This document shows, piece after piece, positions 41,491 to 50,944 of a DNA stretch of 64,000 nucleotides. The stretch's first letter is position 1. Every line of letters starts with the position of its first letter. The position numbers and the translations under genes are program-made. The stretch comes from an uncultured Planctomycetia bacterium (GTDB taxonomy: Bacteria; Omnitrophota; Gorgyraeia; B26-G9): positions 3,964-67,963 of the forward strand of contig CAYTGV010000011.1 in the NCBI GenBank assembly GCA_964437495.1, in the 5' to 3' direction. A model generated the notes under the pieces. That model worked only from the letters and a program-made list of their open reading frames with translations, ran no database searches and was not told the origin of the DNA.

Positions 41491-42915
41491 TCATTTTATT
41501 TTACGTACCTGCATTATATTTGAAGAACAAAGAAGGTTATCTTTACTAAGCACAAAAACTACGTTGTCATCTTTTTTAACCATTCCGTTCTTTTTGGCAA
41601 TCTTAATAGTTTCAGTCAAAGTCTGCTCAATATTAGAAAAACTTTTAACAAGCATCGGATATATGCCCCAGATCATTATCAGCTTTCTAAATACGCCTTT
41701 ATCCCGGGTGATCGCCAACACCATACACTGGGGGCGTCGCCGGCTGAGCATTGTGATTGCCCGCACATTGTCTGCATTCACTATTATTGCTTTGGCATAT
41801 ATGCTGTCTGCTAAAGTAACTGCCGCCGTAGCAAAAGAATCAATAAGATCCTCATTTTTGTCTGTAATAAACTTTATATCCCTAGGCAAGCGCTTTAAAT
41901 GCTCTTCGCTTTTTTTCGCGATTTCTACCATGATCTTAATTGTTTTTAAAGGAAATTTCCCGATTGCTGTTTCCTCTGAAAGCATCAAGGCATCGCTTCC
42001 GTCTATAACCGCATTAGCGATATCACTTACTTCAGCTCTTGTCGGCTGAGGATTAGTGACCATTGATTCAAGGATCTGAGTCGCAGTAATAACCGGCCGG
42101 CCCAAAGCATTGCATTTTTTGATGATTTCTTTCTGCAAAAAAGGCACTTCCTTAAGATCCGCCTCAATGCCTAGATCTCCCCTGGCGACCATTACCGCAT
42201 CGCTTGAGGCAATAATAGAATCCATATTCTTGATCGCAACTTTGCGTTCAAATTTAGCAATAACCGAAACTGCCTTGCCTTTTTTCTTAATATATTTTTT
42301 AACTTTCAGGATATCCGCTACGCTCTGCACAAAAGAAACCGCGACAAAATCAACCTCCGCCGCTAATCCGTAATCAAGGAATTTCAGATCACGCGGTGTA
42401 ACAGGGCTTAGGGAAAGCATGCGATCAGGACAGCTTACGCCTTTTTTAGGATATATCCTGCCCCCTGAGATAACCGAACATATTACTTCTTCTTTTGTCT
42501 TAGACTCAACCTTGAGCGTCAACAACCCATCATTGAGATAAACCGTATCTTTTTTCTTCAACCCTCTGACAAAGGCAGGATGATTTACTGATACGCCTTC
42601 ACTTGTTCCAATTATTTTCCTGGTAGTTAAAAAGAAAAAGCTTCCCTCAGTCAACTCGACATAATCTTCTTTTAATTCACCAATACGAATTTTAGGACCC
42701 GGTAAATCCTGCATTATCGCCACAGGCATATTCAATCGCTCCGCTATGCCTCTAAGCATCTTTATCTGCTTTACATGAACCTCAGGACTGCCATGAGAAA
42801 AATTAAACCTGGCTACATCCATGCCTGAGAGTATCATATTTTTTAATATCTTCGGGTCACTACAGGCAGGGCCTATTGTGCAAATAACCTTTGTATTATT
42901 CCAGTACTGCTTCAT
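41491..42915 (-). CDS. pyk: Pyruvate kinase
   Basis: TKVICTIGPA, MVARGDLG and other conserved motifs. The protein is 474 aa. Confidence 0.9.
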   Translation of the reverse strand: MKQYWNNTKVICTIGPACSDPKILKNMILSGMDVARFNFSHGSPEVHVKQIKMLRGIAERLNMPVAIMQDLPGPKIRIGELKEDYVELTEGSFFFLTTRKIIGTSEGVSVNHPAFVRGLKKKDTVYLNDGLLTLKVESKTKEEVICSVISGGRIYPKKGVSCPDRMLSLSPVTPRDLKFLDYGLAAEVDFVAVSFVQSVADILKVKKYIKKKGKAVSVIAKFERKVAIKNMDSIIASSDAVMVARGDLGIEADLKEVPFLQKEIIKKCNALGRPVITATQILESMVTNPQPTRAEVSDIANAVIDGSDALMLSEETAIGKFPLKTIKIMVEIAKKSEEHLKRLPRDIKFITDKNEDLIDSFATAAVTLADSIYAKAIIVNADNVRAITMLSRRRPQCMVLAITRDKGVFRKLIMIWGIYPMLVKSFSNIEQTLTETIKIAKKNGMVKKDDNVVFVLSKDNLLCSSNIMQVRKIK

Positions 42916-43274
42916 ACTTTTCCTTTTGTGTTACGCCAATGCGCATATGCAAAGTCAAGAATTCTCTGTTTGTCTTCTTGATCAATATCAAGGATTCTGA
43001 TGCCAGCATCATAGTTATAAGTCCACCCCTGTTCCCCATCTTTAATCCATACAGCTTCGCCCTTGGCAAAGACGGGTATGATACTTCCCGGAATCCAGAT
43101 TTCAATTTTCATTATTGCGCCGAGGTCTACCTTGCGATTAATACAGGCCTTAAGCCCTTCGCGGCTGAAATTAGTGAGCATAATCAGCCCTTTTTTACCC
43201 TCTTCGGTCTGAAAGGTTCCTTCAAGGAAAGCTCCAAGACGCATAAATCTTCTTTTATCTTCTGCAGAACTCAT
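42912..43274 (-). CDS. PilZ domain protein
   Basis: The c-di-GMP-binding motifs RRFMR and NFSREGL (RxxxR ... N/DxSxxG) are present. Confidence 0.7.
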   Translation of the reverse strand: MSSAEDKRRFMRLGAFLEGTFQTEEGKKGLIMLTNFSREGLKACINRKVDLGAIMKIEIWIPGSIIPVFAKGEAVWIKDGEQGWTYNYDAGIRILDIDQEDKQRILDFAYAHWRNTKGKV

Positions 43275-43499
43275 CTTTTGTCTCCTGGTTATCAGTCCAT
43301 GAATATAAGTAAATGATTAACCCCTATTGTATCATAAGACTGGATAATTTCAAGGAATAGAGAAAGTGGAGAGTTTGGGCAGGAAAAAGACACAAGACAC
43401 AGGTCACAAGTCACAAGTTTCAATTTGACCAACAATCTATTCTCTCCCCTTTTGGAATTTTTAGCTAAATTTCTTTGGTTTAGGTTTGAGTGTAGTTAT

Positions 43500-43830
43500 G
43501 GGGCGATGCCTGCCCCCGATGAAACGTCCCCCAGCCTTCATTTCCTTTTGTCGTCTAAAGGAAACGAAGCAAAGGCCCCGACTAAAAGCATGCGGGATAA
43601 ATTCAACCATGCAACTTACCTCAAAAAAAATCTGTAAGTTACGGTTTCATTTTAAAACTCGCCCCCAAAGAAACCGCGATGATTTTCTAATGGTTTACTC
43701 ACTGCGACTTCATCCCGCAAAAGGCGGGATTCGCCGCCAATTCGGCAGTCCTGCCTCATGGCGTTCCGCCGTCCTGGCTGCATCTTCGTTCCTAAACCAA
43801 AGAAAAGTCTATCGCTCATTTCAAAGGGGG
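43500..43830 (-). ncRNA. Copy A of a repeated ~230-330 nt structured-RNA-like element (unknown class). It is inverted relative to copies B and C and flanked by GTCACAAG-type direct repeats
   Basis: The reverse complement aligns with copies B and C. The shared 3' block is gcuggggga-cg-N-aucgggggcaggcaucgcccc, and the hairpin cuucguuucc/ggaaaugaag matches B. ORFs 43425..43637 and 43486..43836 overlap it and are judged spurious. Confidence 0.5.
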
Positions 43831-43956
43831 ATTTGAAAAACCGAAAAAAGTCACCAAGTCACAAGGTCACATGTCACAACTTAAAAATAGAACCATCCCT
43901 TTTTTTTCTTTTTTTAAAAATAAAAAATAATAAAGAAGCTCATTGATATAATATTA

Positions 43957-44052
43957 ACTAAAAACTAGTCGCTGTCCCTAGTTTCAAGTTCGAGATCACC
44001 TACTGGGGTGAACTTCTTCGCGCGCTCCCACCAGTTAGGTGGAATGAGTTGT
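43957..44052 (-). repeat. attC-like site (distal-most; R' end degenerate)
   Basis: acctactggggtgaacttcttcgcgcgctcccaccagttaggt is an imperfect palindrome homologous to the site at 48644..48718. It has ...gagttGTTATAAg at the ORF-proximal end. Confidence 0.55.
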
Positions 44053-44990
44053 TATAAGTTTAAATTTTCTATTTGCTCAATAGGCACGCCGTTTATTTTC
44101 CAAACAGGCTCTAATGCGTCAATTAAACCACAGTTAAAGTTTATAGAGCCGTTTTTTTCAAAATGCAAATTTATGCAGTCAGTTCCTTTATCCGTTCTTG
44201 AATAGGTTGCTTTTGAACCGTTTGAAAAATGAACACTGAAACCGTATAATCCTTTTTCCTCATTATTTAATAATTCTAGTATCTCATATTGAGGCCATTT
44301 ATGAAATTTTTTAGCTTTGCCACAAAAATTAAGGTATTCTTTATGCCACGATATTAATGCTCCATAAAAATTAAAGCAATTAGATATTAGTACGCTTATT
44401 TCTTCAAGTGGTATTTGTTGTGCAGGGCCTCCTTCAGTCCATCTATAATACTCAGAGGAAAATATATAATCTGAATGGAAAAAAGAATTTCTGACCTTGT
44501 TATTAAAAAAAGAATCAAAATATTCTATCAACAAAGTTTCTTTTGTTTTTGTTGCAAGTTCTTTTATATAATCTATTTTTCGCTTAGCACTTGGAGGAAT
44601 ATAGCCAAGTATTTGTTTTTTATTAGATCGTGATAAATGACCAAAGGGTCTAATATGATAATGTTCGCCAGCAATAATTCTTAATATATTAGTGAGTAAT
44701 TCGTGAGGAGCTGTCATTTCAATTGCTTGACAATATATTAATAAACCGATCCTCCAATGACCGTTTTTCGAAGGAGCATCTTTCGCTTTTTTCAAAAGCC
44801 AATTGTAATCTTCAAATGATTTTTGCGATTCTTCGAAAGAATCCCAGTCAGCGTCTTGGCACCCACCAACTCTCAAAAGAGAACATATTGTGTCAAAAGC
44901 ATTTTTTTCAAAAGCTTTGCGTGCTAACGAACAAAAATATTCGAAAAATTTTTCTTTTTCTATGAATTTCAATTCTTTTAAATCATTCAT
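44052..44990 (-). CDS. Cassette ORF, hypothetical protein (312 aa)
   Basis: Long ORF with attC-like sites on both sides. No recognisable motif. Confidence 0.6.
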   Translation of the reverse strand: MNDLKELKFIEKEKFFEYFCSLARKAFEKNAFDTICSLLRVGGCQDADWDSFEESQKSFEDYNWLLKKAKDAPSKNGHWRIGLLIYCQAIEMTAPHELLTNILRIIAGEHYHIRPFGHLSRSNKKQILGYIPPSAKRKIDYIKELATKTKETLLIEYFDSFFNNKVRNSFFHSDYIFSSEYYRWTEGGPAQQIPLEEISVLISNCFNFYGALISWHKEYLNFCGKAKKFHKWPQYEILELLNNEEKGLYGFSVHFSNGSKATYSRTDKGTDCINLHFEKNGSINFNCGLIDALEPVWKINGVPIEQIENLNL

Positions 44991-44998
44991 TTTTTTAC

Positions 44999-45124
44999 TT
45001 ATAACGTTTGAGCTCAGGCAACTTAGCTAATAGCCAATAGTCGATGGCTAATAGTTATCTTGCTTCATGTTTTTTACTATTGACCATCAGCTATGAGCCA
45101 TAGGCCATTCTGTTTGCTTGAAGC
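44999..45124 (-). repeat. attC-like site, family 1 (...GTTTGAGCTCAGGCAACTTAGCTRATAGCCAATAGTCGATGGCTAATAG...GACCATYAGCTAT...)
   Basis: TTATAAC at one end and GTTATAC at the other. The internal inverted repeat is ctaatagccaatagt / actattgaccatcag. Further copies lie at 51892..52003, 52290..52390, 53085..53265, 54868..55002, 55705..55870 and 56440..56590, with a partial copy at 50085..50250. Confidence 0.6.
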
Positions 45125-45130
45125 GAATTG

Positions 45131-45586
45131 TTATACTTTCTTATTATAATATAATCTAAATTTCTCAATAACTAAAATATATATTTGAGAGGGTTTCATC
45201 CCCTTGGTAATTGCAGAATCATAATCTTTGGGTGTTTTTATGTCCATAATTTTACCATCATTAAATTTTTCATGCCATTTTGATTTTTCACTTACTATTA
45301 TAGATTTATTTGAGTCTTCATACTGATCTGATGTGATATCAATAATAACACTATCCAGAACAATCCATTCATGCGAAGAACCATTATACATAGCGCCACA
45401 AAATCTTTTTGGCTTTAATCCGAACTCATTTTTTAGGCAATTTCCTAAAAATAATGTAGCCCAGCTACAACAACCACTAGGAAAATGCGGAAGAAAGCCA
45501 GGAGCATTATCTAGATTTATATTTTCAATAGACTTTCTGAATAATTGTGCTATTTTTAATAATTCTTTTTTATTAATTTTTTTCAT
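45131..45586 (-). CDS. Cassette ORF, hypothetical protein (151 aa)
   Basis: ORF with GTTATAC, then ctgaataa, then ATG upstream. Confidence 0.55.
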   Translation of the reverse strand: MKKINKKELLKIAQLFRKSIENINLDNAPGFLPHFPSGCCSWATLFLGNCLKNEFGLKPKRFCGAMYNGSSHEWIVLDSVIIDITSDQYEDSNKSIIVSEKSKWHEKFNDGKIMDIKTPKDYDSAITKGMKPSQIYILVIEKFRLYYNKKV

Positions 45587-45589
45587 TTA

Positions 45590-45678
45590 TTCAGAGTATA
45601 ACATCGACATCACCCGCCGGTAGACGCGACGCAAAGCGGCACGGGTAACGGTCCGGGGAATGAAGTCATTATATGTTT
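45590..45678 (-). repeat. attC-like site, short GC-rich family
   Basis: gtataacatcgacatcacccgccggtagacgcgacgcaaagcggcacgggtaacggtccgggg is an imperfect palindrome with a TATAAC end. Confidence 0.45.
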
Positions 45679-46689
45679 TTATCCCAACTTTAGTATTTTT
45701 ATATTTGAAAGTTTAGCTGGTCCACATTCATTAAAAAATCCAAATCTTAAATCTCTTTCAAATTCTGCAAAAAGATCTTTTCCATTACCACTATCATCTT
45801 GAATTATTAACTTTGCACCATCAACATAAAAATCAAATATTTTACTTGCAACATCAATCTTAACTTCAATAGCAAAAGAGTTTTTAACTTTTACTAATTT
45901 TTCGGGGACACAATTCAAAATTTTTGGCCAATAAAATTTTTGAGTGCAATGCAAAACACTATTTGGGGTTCCCGGAGCACCACGATTATCAAGTCGTAAC
46001 ATTTTAAAGTTGCCATCATCGACATAGTTAAAAACAAAATTAACTAAAGAATCTTTAGGTAACGATAAATCAAAAGCTAAATGCAAAAAAGTGCTAATCT
46101 TGTTTTTGAATATTAAAAAAGAATGAACTCTCGTTCTATCAATATTAAGATTCAGAACAAGATTAGAATCATAGTCTGGATTTCCAGCTAATTTATTTAA
46201 TATAAATTTCTCAATAATTATATTCTTCGATAGTGCGCTAAGTGTAGCATTAAGCAATCCCAGAGCCATCTGAGCATGCCCAAGATCAATGGGCCACCCC
46301 TTTTTTGCCTGTTTTTGAGGATGAATAAAATTTCTATAATCTTTAAATAGATTATAAATCAGCTTAAATTCATCTATTTCGGGAAGCAAGTCAACATCCT
46401 TTAAAAGAATATATAATTCGCTAATTGTAAGACTGTTAAATTTCTTTAATTTTTGATTAACTCCTTCTTTTGGGTATTTAGGAGAATTTTTTAATTCAGT
46501 TTTATAAATATCAGCTAAATATATAAAAATCCCTTCAATTGTGCTAATTGATAAAAAAATAGTACTATAATTAGCATTAACTATAAAAACTCTTTCTAAT
46601 TCTTGAAGTCTTCCACGCAATACAGCTCTTAACTCAACATCATTTATAAAATTAAGTTCTTGCTTTGTGATTTCAGTTTTGTATTCCAT
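45679..46689 (-). CDS. Cassette ORF, hypothetical protein (336 aa) with a DYRNFIHPQK motif (possible HEPN-like Rx4-6H)
   Basis: It shares the motif DYRNF[IV]HP.K with the unrelated cassette protein 46860..47684. Confidence 0.55.
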   Translation of the reverse strand: MEYKTEITKQELNFINDVELRAVLRGRLQELERVFIVNANYSTIFLSISTIEGIFIYLADIYKTELKNSPKYPKEGVNQKLKKFNSLTISELYILLKDVDLLPEIDEFKLIYNLFKDYRNFIHPQKQAKKGWPIDLGHAQMALGLLNATLSALSKNIIIEKFILNKLAGNPDYDSNLVLNLNIDRTRVHSFLIFKNKISTFLHLAFDLSLPKDSLVNFVFNYVDDGNFKMLRLDNRGAPGTPNSVLHCTQKFYWPKILNCVPEKLVKVKNSFAIEVKIDVASKIFDFYVDGAKLIIQDDSGNGKDLFAEFERDLRFGFFNECGPAKLSNIKILKLG

Positions 46690-46705
46690 TTAATTCCTTG
46701 TTTTC

Positions 46706-46882
46706 ATATAACGTTTGAACTCAGCTACTAAGTTGAGCTCCACCTGTCCCGCCGTTTTGTGGCGAGATTTGCGCTTGCCTCGCCAGGCTTTTTGGCGGGC
46801 GCACCCTCCAGCCTGAGAGATTTTTTAAATTCCTCAGGTTCTCGCACTCTTTAAGAGGGTTACCTGTAGTGATTTGTTAGTC
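46706..46882 (-). repeat. attC-like site, family 2 (GC-rich palindromic core ...cccgccgttttgtggcgag...ctcgccaggctttttggcgggcg...)
   Basis: CATATAAC-GTTTGAACTCAGC at one end and gatttGTTAGtc at the other. A related site lies at 48079..48191. Confidence 0.55.
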
Positions 46883-47684
46883 TACTTTTTTTTGTTAAAT
46901 TTTTTTCAAAATAATTACAAATACTATCCAGAGCCCCTTTAGCCATGAATGCTTCTGGTTCATCACATGAATGTTCTTCCTTTATTTCTTTTTTGGGATG
47001 AACGAAATTGCGATAGTCACGAAGAACCTGATCAATTGTATTCGCTTTTTTATCTGGCAGGATTGAAATATCAGTTGCAACTTCAATCAAATCTTTTAAC
47101 ACCCATTCATCTTTCAAAATATCTTTTACTTTTTTATGCTTATCTCTAGGTGCTTTTAAGCTAGCCATAGCTTTTTTTCTAATTTTACTTTTTGAACACA
47201 ATAAATCATATAATATTGCTTCTAAAATACTTCCTGCAATAATAACACAGCTTTTCCATGCTCTGCTAGGCAGTAAAATCACAGATAATTCCTTATAGTC
47301 TCTTTCAACTATATTGCGCAATTTTTTGTCCGAAATATAAGGAAAACAACGCTGTTCAGCAAAACTACCTTCACCCCCATAATTTTCAAGGATGTCGATT
47401 AATTTCTGTATTGTTGAATAAAGGTCTAAGCCAGGGTAAAGGAGAGGAAGAGTAAGAATAGAGTCTGATGTTTTTTTAGTATATCTTCTTATAACCACTC
47501 TTATACTTACAAACTCATATTGCCATTTGGGAAGAAAATCTCTAGGATCAAGGCGATTGATTTCTTCAGTAAGAGCTGTAAGTAATTCATGTACGTTTGC
47601 AGTTGTTTCATCATTCCTTTTTTTTTGCAAAGTTAAAGATTTCCTCTGTATCTCTGTACATAGTTTTTTTAAATAGCCAACCAT
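46860..47684 (-). CDS. Cassette ORF, hypothetical protein (274 aa) with a RDYRNFVHPKK motif (possible HEPN-like)
   Basis: The motif is shared with 45679..46689. The start is preceded by GTTAGAC. Confidence 0.55.
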   Translation of the reverse strand: MVGYLKKLCTEIQRKSLTLQKKRNDETTANVHELLTALTEEINRLDPRDFLPKWQYEFVSIRVVIRRYTKKTSDSILTLPLLYPGLDLYSTIQKLIDILENYGGEGSFAEQRCFPYISDKKLRNIVERDYKELSVILLPSRAWKSCVIIAGSILEAILYDLLCSKSKIRKKAMASLKAPRDKHKKVKDILKDEWVLKDLIEVATDISILPDKKANTIDQVLRDYRNFVHPKKEIKEEHSCDEPEAFMAKGALDSICNYFEKNLTKKSRLTNHYR

Positions 47685-47701
47685 ATTAATATTATTCCTT
47701 T

Positions 47702-47893
47702 GTCTAACAGGTTAATATACGAACTTCGCATTTTAAATACAGCGTAGAGCGTCTAATTTATCCCGCCGTTCTTTAGCGGGAGCGCTTAGCGAATTCAAAC
47801 TACCCCCTCATCCCTAAACCCTATTCCCTGCGTTTCTATCCCCTTTTCGCGCACATGCACCTACCGCGCACGCACCTACGAGGTGAATTTTAA
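47702..47893 (-). repeat. attC-like site, family X (long; contains atacagcgtatagcgtctaatttatcccgccgttctttggcgggagcgcttagcgaat)
   Basis: Three copies (47702..47893, 49374..49560, 58740..58985) share more than 85% identity over about 120 nt, including the hairpin cccgcc-gttcttt-ggcggg. The R'-like ends GTTAGAC/GTTAGAT abut the downstream ORF starts. Confidence 0.55.
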
Positions 47894-48058
47894 TTATTTA
47901 TCTTTATCTACTGTATTTATATCGCAAGGAACTACAGCTCCACATTTAGGACATTTAGTAGGGATGCCCTTAATCTGAATATGCAAACCTTCTTCATGTT
48001 GAATAGGGGATTCAAATCTATTATTGCATTCGGGACAAGACAAGTATCTCTTAGACAT
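47894..48058 (-). CDS. Cassette ORF, 54-aa zinc-ribbon protein (absent from the ORF track; below the length cutoff)
   Basis: The minus strand reads ggaggaacta ATG and encodes MSKRYLSCPECNNRFESPIQHEEGLHIQIKGIPTKCPKCGAVVPCDINTVDKDK*. It has two CPxC pairs and a strong RBS, and sits exactly between two attC-like sites. Confidence 0.6.
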   Translation of the reverse strand: MSKRYLSCPECNNRFESPIQHEEGLHIQIKGIPTKCPKCGAVVPCDINTVDKDK

Positions 48059-48195
48059 TAGTTCCTCCTTTATTGCTGTATAACATTTGAGCTCAGCTAC
48101 TGGCTTGAACTACTTTTGCGCACACCCTCCAGCCTAAGAAATCTCAGGTTCTCGCCCTCTTTCGAGGGTTAGCTGAAGTAATTTGTTATCTGTTT

Positions 48196-48630
48196 TTATT
48201 CTTTTTCTTCTAGAACTTTTTGCACAACACCTTCAGATATTACTATTTCTTCTCCTGTAACACTGATAAATTGAAAGGTTTTAGTATTAATCAATATAGT
48301 TTCTATTGCCAATGGGAGTGTCCTGGTAAGACATATAACCTTATCTTTTGTCCCAGTTGGAAGGCCAGAGTAAATATATGAGATTGTATATTTATCATTA
48401 ATTTTGTCTAATTTGGTTTGGTCGGAAGGATTTGTTTGTTCGATTATGCGTGCTAGTTGAAATGTTTCATTTATTTTTATTCTATGCACGAATAAGTTTG
48501 GATTTTTCTCTGGAATTATTTCCCCATTTTTATATATACCAACATTTTGCTCAGTTAAAACTAATGTTTCTGTAGCTAAGGCGTTAGAGCATATAAAAAG
48601 AAAACCAAGTAATAAAATTAGTTTTTTCAT
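48196..48630 (-). CDS. Cassette ORF, secreted or lipoprotein (144 aa)
   Basis: The signal peptide is MKKLILLLGFLFICSNALA. GTTATATG, then aaaggaaa, then ATG lie upstream. Confidence 0.6.
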   Translation of the reverse strand: MKKLILLLGFLFICSNALATETLVLTEQNVGIYKNGEIIPEKNPNLFVHRIKINETFQLARIIEQTNPSDQTKLDKINDKYTISYIYSGLPTGTKDKVICLTRTLPLAIETILINTKTFQFISVTGEEIVISEGVVQKVLEEKE

Positions 48631-48643
48631 TTATTTTCCTTTC

Positions 48644-48718
48644 ATATAACATTCAAACTCACCTACTGGGGTGAACTTCTTTGCACGCTCCCACCAGTTA
48701 GGTGAAAGAGTTGTTAGA
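48644..48718 (-). repeat. attC-like site (short palindrome acctactggggtgaac...cccaccagttaggt)
   Basis: CATATAAC and GTTAGAG ends. It is homologous to the site at 43957..44052. Confidence 0.55.
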
Positions 48719-48720
48719 GA

Positions 48721-49374
48721 TTATTTGTCGAAATTTATTTTAATATTTTTATAACCCAGCTTTTCGAATATATTACACAAACTTGAAAATGCTTGTCTAT
48801 CATTATGTATTAAATGAGGTCCTACATCAAGAAAAGCTCTACTAATCATATAATAAAAATCGCTGCCAAACAATAAGAGCTCTTTCATAACTGCATGACT
48901 AGGCAAGGAATTTCGTTTAGCTTGGTATTCTGCATGAGCAATTACTTTGTTTCGGACATAATCGTATTGTGAAAAACAAATCTTATGTTTTGAATAAAAG
49001 TTTTTGCAGATAACTTCTAGTGTTTCAATGTAATTATCTTTCTCACTATTGTTCTCATATTTTTCTATAAATTCATTAACGTATTCATAATATTTTGGTT
49101 GAACATCATTGCTTTTTATAAAGTTTAAAATTGCGGGAATGGAGTTCAGTTGATAATCTTTTTCTGGTTCAAAAATTTTACAAATATTAATTACGCAAGA
49201 CTCTAAAAGAACCATCTGAATGTGAACAAAAAATCTTTTTCCTATTCCAATAGTGTTTATATTGTCTGCGTTTAAGCCGAGTAGCTTTTCTGAATCAATG
49301 CTTTGCTTAAGTGAAAAAAGTATTTTTGCTAATTCTTTATTTCTCTCATCTAATTTTTTCATCATTTTTTTCAT
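48721..49374 (-). CDS. Cassette ORF, hypothetical protein (217 aa) with a possible HEPN-type Rx4-6H motif (RNKVIAH)
   Basis: ORF with GTTAGATGaaaaaa then ATG upstream. The motif assignment is tentative. Confidence 0.5.
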   Translation of the reverse strand: MKKMMKKLDERNKELAKILFSLKQSIDSEKLLGLNADNINTIGIGKRFFVHIQMVLLESCVINICKIFEPEKDYQLNSIPAILNFIKSNDVQPKYYEYVNEFIEKYENNSEKDNYIETLEVICKNFYSKHKICFSQYDYVRNKVIAHAEYQAKRNSLPSHAVMKELLLFGSDFYYMISRAFLDVGPHLIHNDRQAFSSLCNIFEKLGYKNIKINFDK

Positions 49375-49582
49375 CTAACATTTAATATACGCAATTCGCA
49401 TTTTAAATACAGCGTATAGCGTTTAATTTATCCCGCCGTTCTTTGGCGGGAGCGTTTAGCGAATAACAAATCCAAAACTACCCCCTCATCCCTAACCGCT
49501 GCTTTTAACTAGTAATTCATAATTCACGTGTGCCCTTTAGGGTTTAACTCATAACTATGTTTCCCTATTCTCTGCTTTTCTG

Positions 49583-49814
49583 TCTCCCCTTTGAAACCAA
49601 GCATTATGTTTTTCTTTAAGTTAGGCGTTTGGGCGAAGACAGGATGTCGAAGCGCCGTAAGGCAGGATTGCCTTTTCGGCGGTTTACCCATGAGACTAAC
49701 TTATTAGAAAAACAATGCTGTTTCTCAGGGGCGGTTTTCCTTTGCTTCGTTTCCTTTAGACGCCAAAAGGAAATGAAGGCTGGGGGACGCTTTATCTGGG
49801 GCAGGCATCGCCCC
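49583..49814 (+). ncRNA. Copy B of the repeated structured-RNA-like element, embedded inside a composite attC region
   Basis: It aligns with copy C. The helix gcgccg...cggcg (B) versus gugccg...cggca (C) shows a compensatory change. The hairpin cuucguuucc/ggaaaugaag (with a G.U pair on this strand) versus cauacuuucu/agaaaguaug in C also shows compensatory changes. The conserved 3' end is gcugggggacgc..aucgggggcaggcaucgcccc. The overlapping 72-aa ORF 49629..49847 is judged spurious. Confidence 0.5.
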
Positions 49815-50256
49815 TTAATCCCACATAAATCCCCTGCCGCTTTCTAAAAATAAAAAAAGACAATCCCCTCAATCTCTTGAGAAAATCGCCTTAAAATTAA
49901 ACTTTTTGTATGCACTCATTAATTCTACTCCTTTGTAGCCTTATGAGTTTGTCAAAACCATATTAATTTAGGTTACATCTTTCTCTTACACAAGTCAATG
50001 AAAAATCAAACAGGGAAAACTGCCCCATTTTAATGAACTTTTATGTTTTTTCTCTCCACTTTTAATATATTCTATATAGTCGATAACCAATAGTCTATGG
50101 CTAATAGTTATTTTATCTTTAATCTGCTTCTTCACTCATCACTAATAATTCATAATTTGTAACTATTTGGACCATTAGCTATGAGCTATAAGCCATTTCA
50201 TTTGCCTGCCTGTCCCGCCGCTTTTTGGCGGGGAAGCGATTTGTTAGGGGTTTTAT

Positions 50257-50622
50257 CTATAGATCATTACGTAAATTTGTTAGTTTTCTTTCTAAAACTG
50301 CAAGTTCTCGTAATGTATTCTCTTTAAGTTCAGTGTTTTTATTATCAACCTCACTAAAATCTATGTTTTTATAAGTATTTCTCAGGAAAATGAATTTTTC
50401 CAGCCAAACATTTAAATCCTGCCGTTCGGTTTCTTCACCCTCATTTATAAATATTTCCATACCATCAGTCAATTCTTTCCAGTAAACCTTTACTATTGAA
50501 AACACAGCATCTGGACTTTCGTCTTCATTAATATCAAGGCGAGTTGTCCATAACATAACTTCATTTAATTCAATTATGTCTAACAAAGAATCAACTACTT
50601 CCTTAATAATATCTCTACTCAT
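50257..50622 (-). CDS. Cassette ORF, hypothetical protein (121 aa)
   Basis: RBS AAGGAG. A TTGACA-N16-TAAAAT promoter-like sequence lies about 60 nt upstream on the minus strand. Confidence 0.55.
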   Translation of the reverse strand: MSRDIIKEVVDSLLDIIELNEVMLWTTRLDINEDESPDAVFSIVKVYWKELTDGMEIFINEGEETERQDLNVWLEKFIFLRNTYKNIDFSEVDNKNTELKENTLRELAVLERKLTNLRNDL

Positions 50623-50944
50623 AATTACTCCTTACCAATTTTATTCACACCTGATTTACTGTAATAAATTGTGCACCTTTAGGTAGACTAGGCATTCAAA
50701 TTTCACAACCTGAATGTCAGACCTTGATTTTAGACATTTTTTGTCAATTGTCAAGGTTTGCCCCCAGGTAATTTAGCCGATGGCTAATAGTTATTTTATT
50801 TTTAATCTGCTTGTTCACTTATAACTAATAATTCACTTGTGCCCTTTAGGGTCTTTGGGCTATTAGCTATGCCTGTCCGCTGTGCTTTGTAGCGAAAGCC
50901 ATTAGCCATTCTGATTGCCTGAAGCGATTTGTTATAATCTTAAT

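Noticed and set aside
43500-43830. Assignment of the repeated RNA-like element to hammerhead (CUGANGA...GAAA), tmRNA, RNase P or group II intron domain V
   Set aside because: A by-eye search found no CUGANGA core, no tRNA-like acceptor/T-arm and none of the RNase P or domain V signatures. The class stays unassigned until covariance-model scans are run.
43425-43836. ORFs 43425..43637(+) and 43486..43836(+), 49629..49847(+), 60128..60376(+) and 60347..60556(-), all overlapping the repeated element copies
   Set aside because: The only shared peptide (GAMPAPD) is encoded by the invariant RNA-block nucleotides. Flanking residues diverge through compensatory, structure-preserving nucleotide changes, and there is no RBS. 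I treat them as spurious ORFs over a structured non-coding element.
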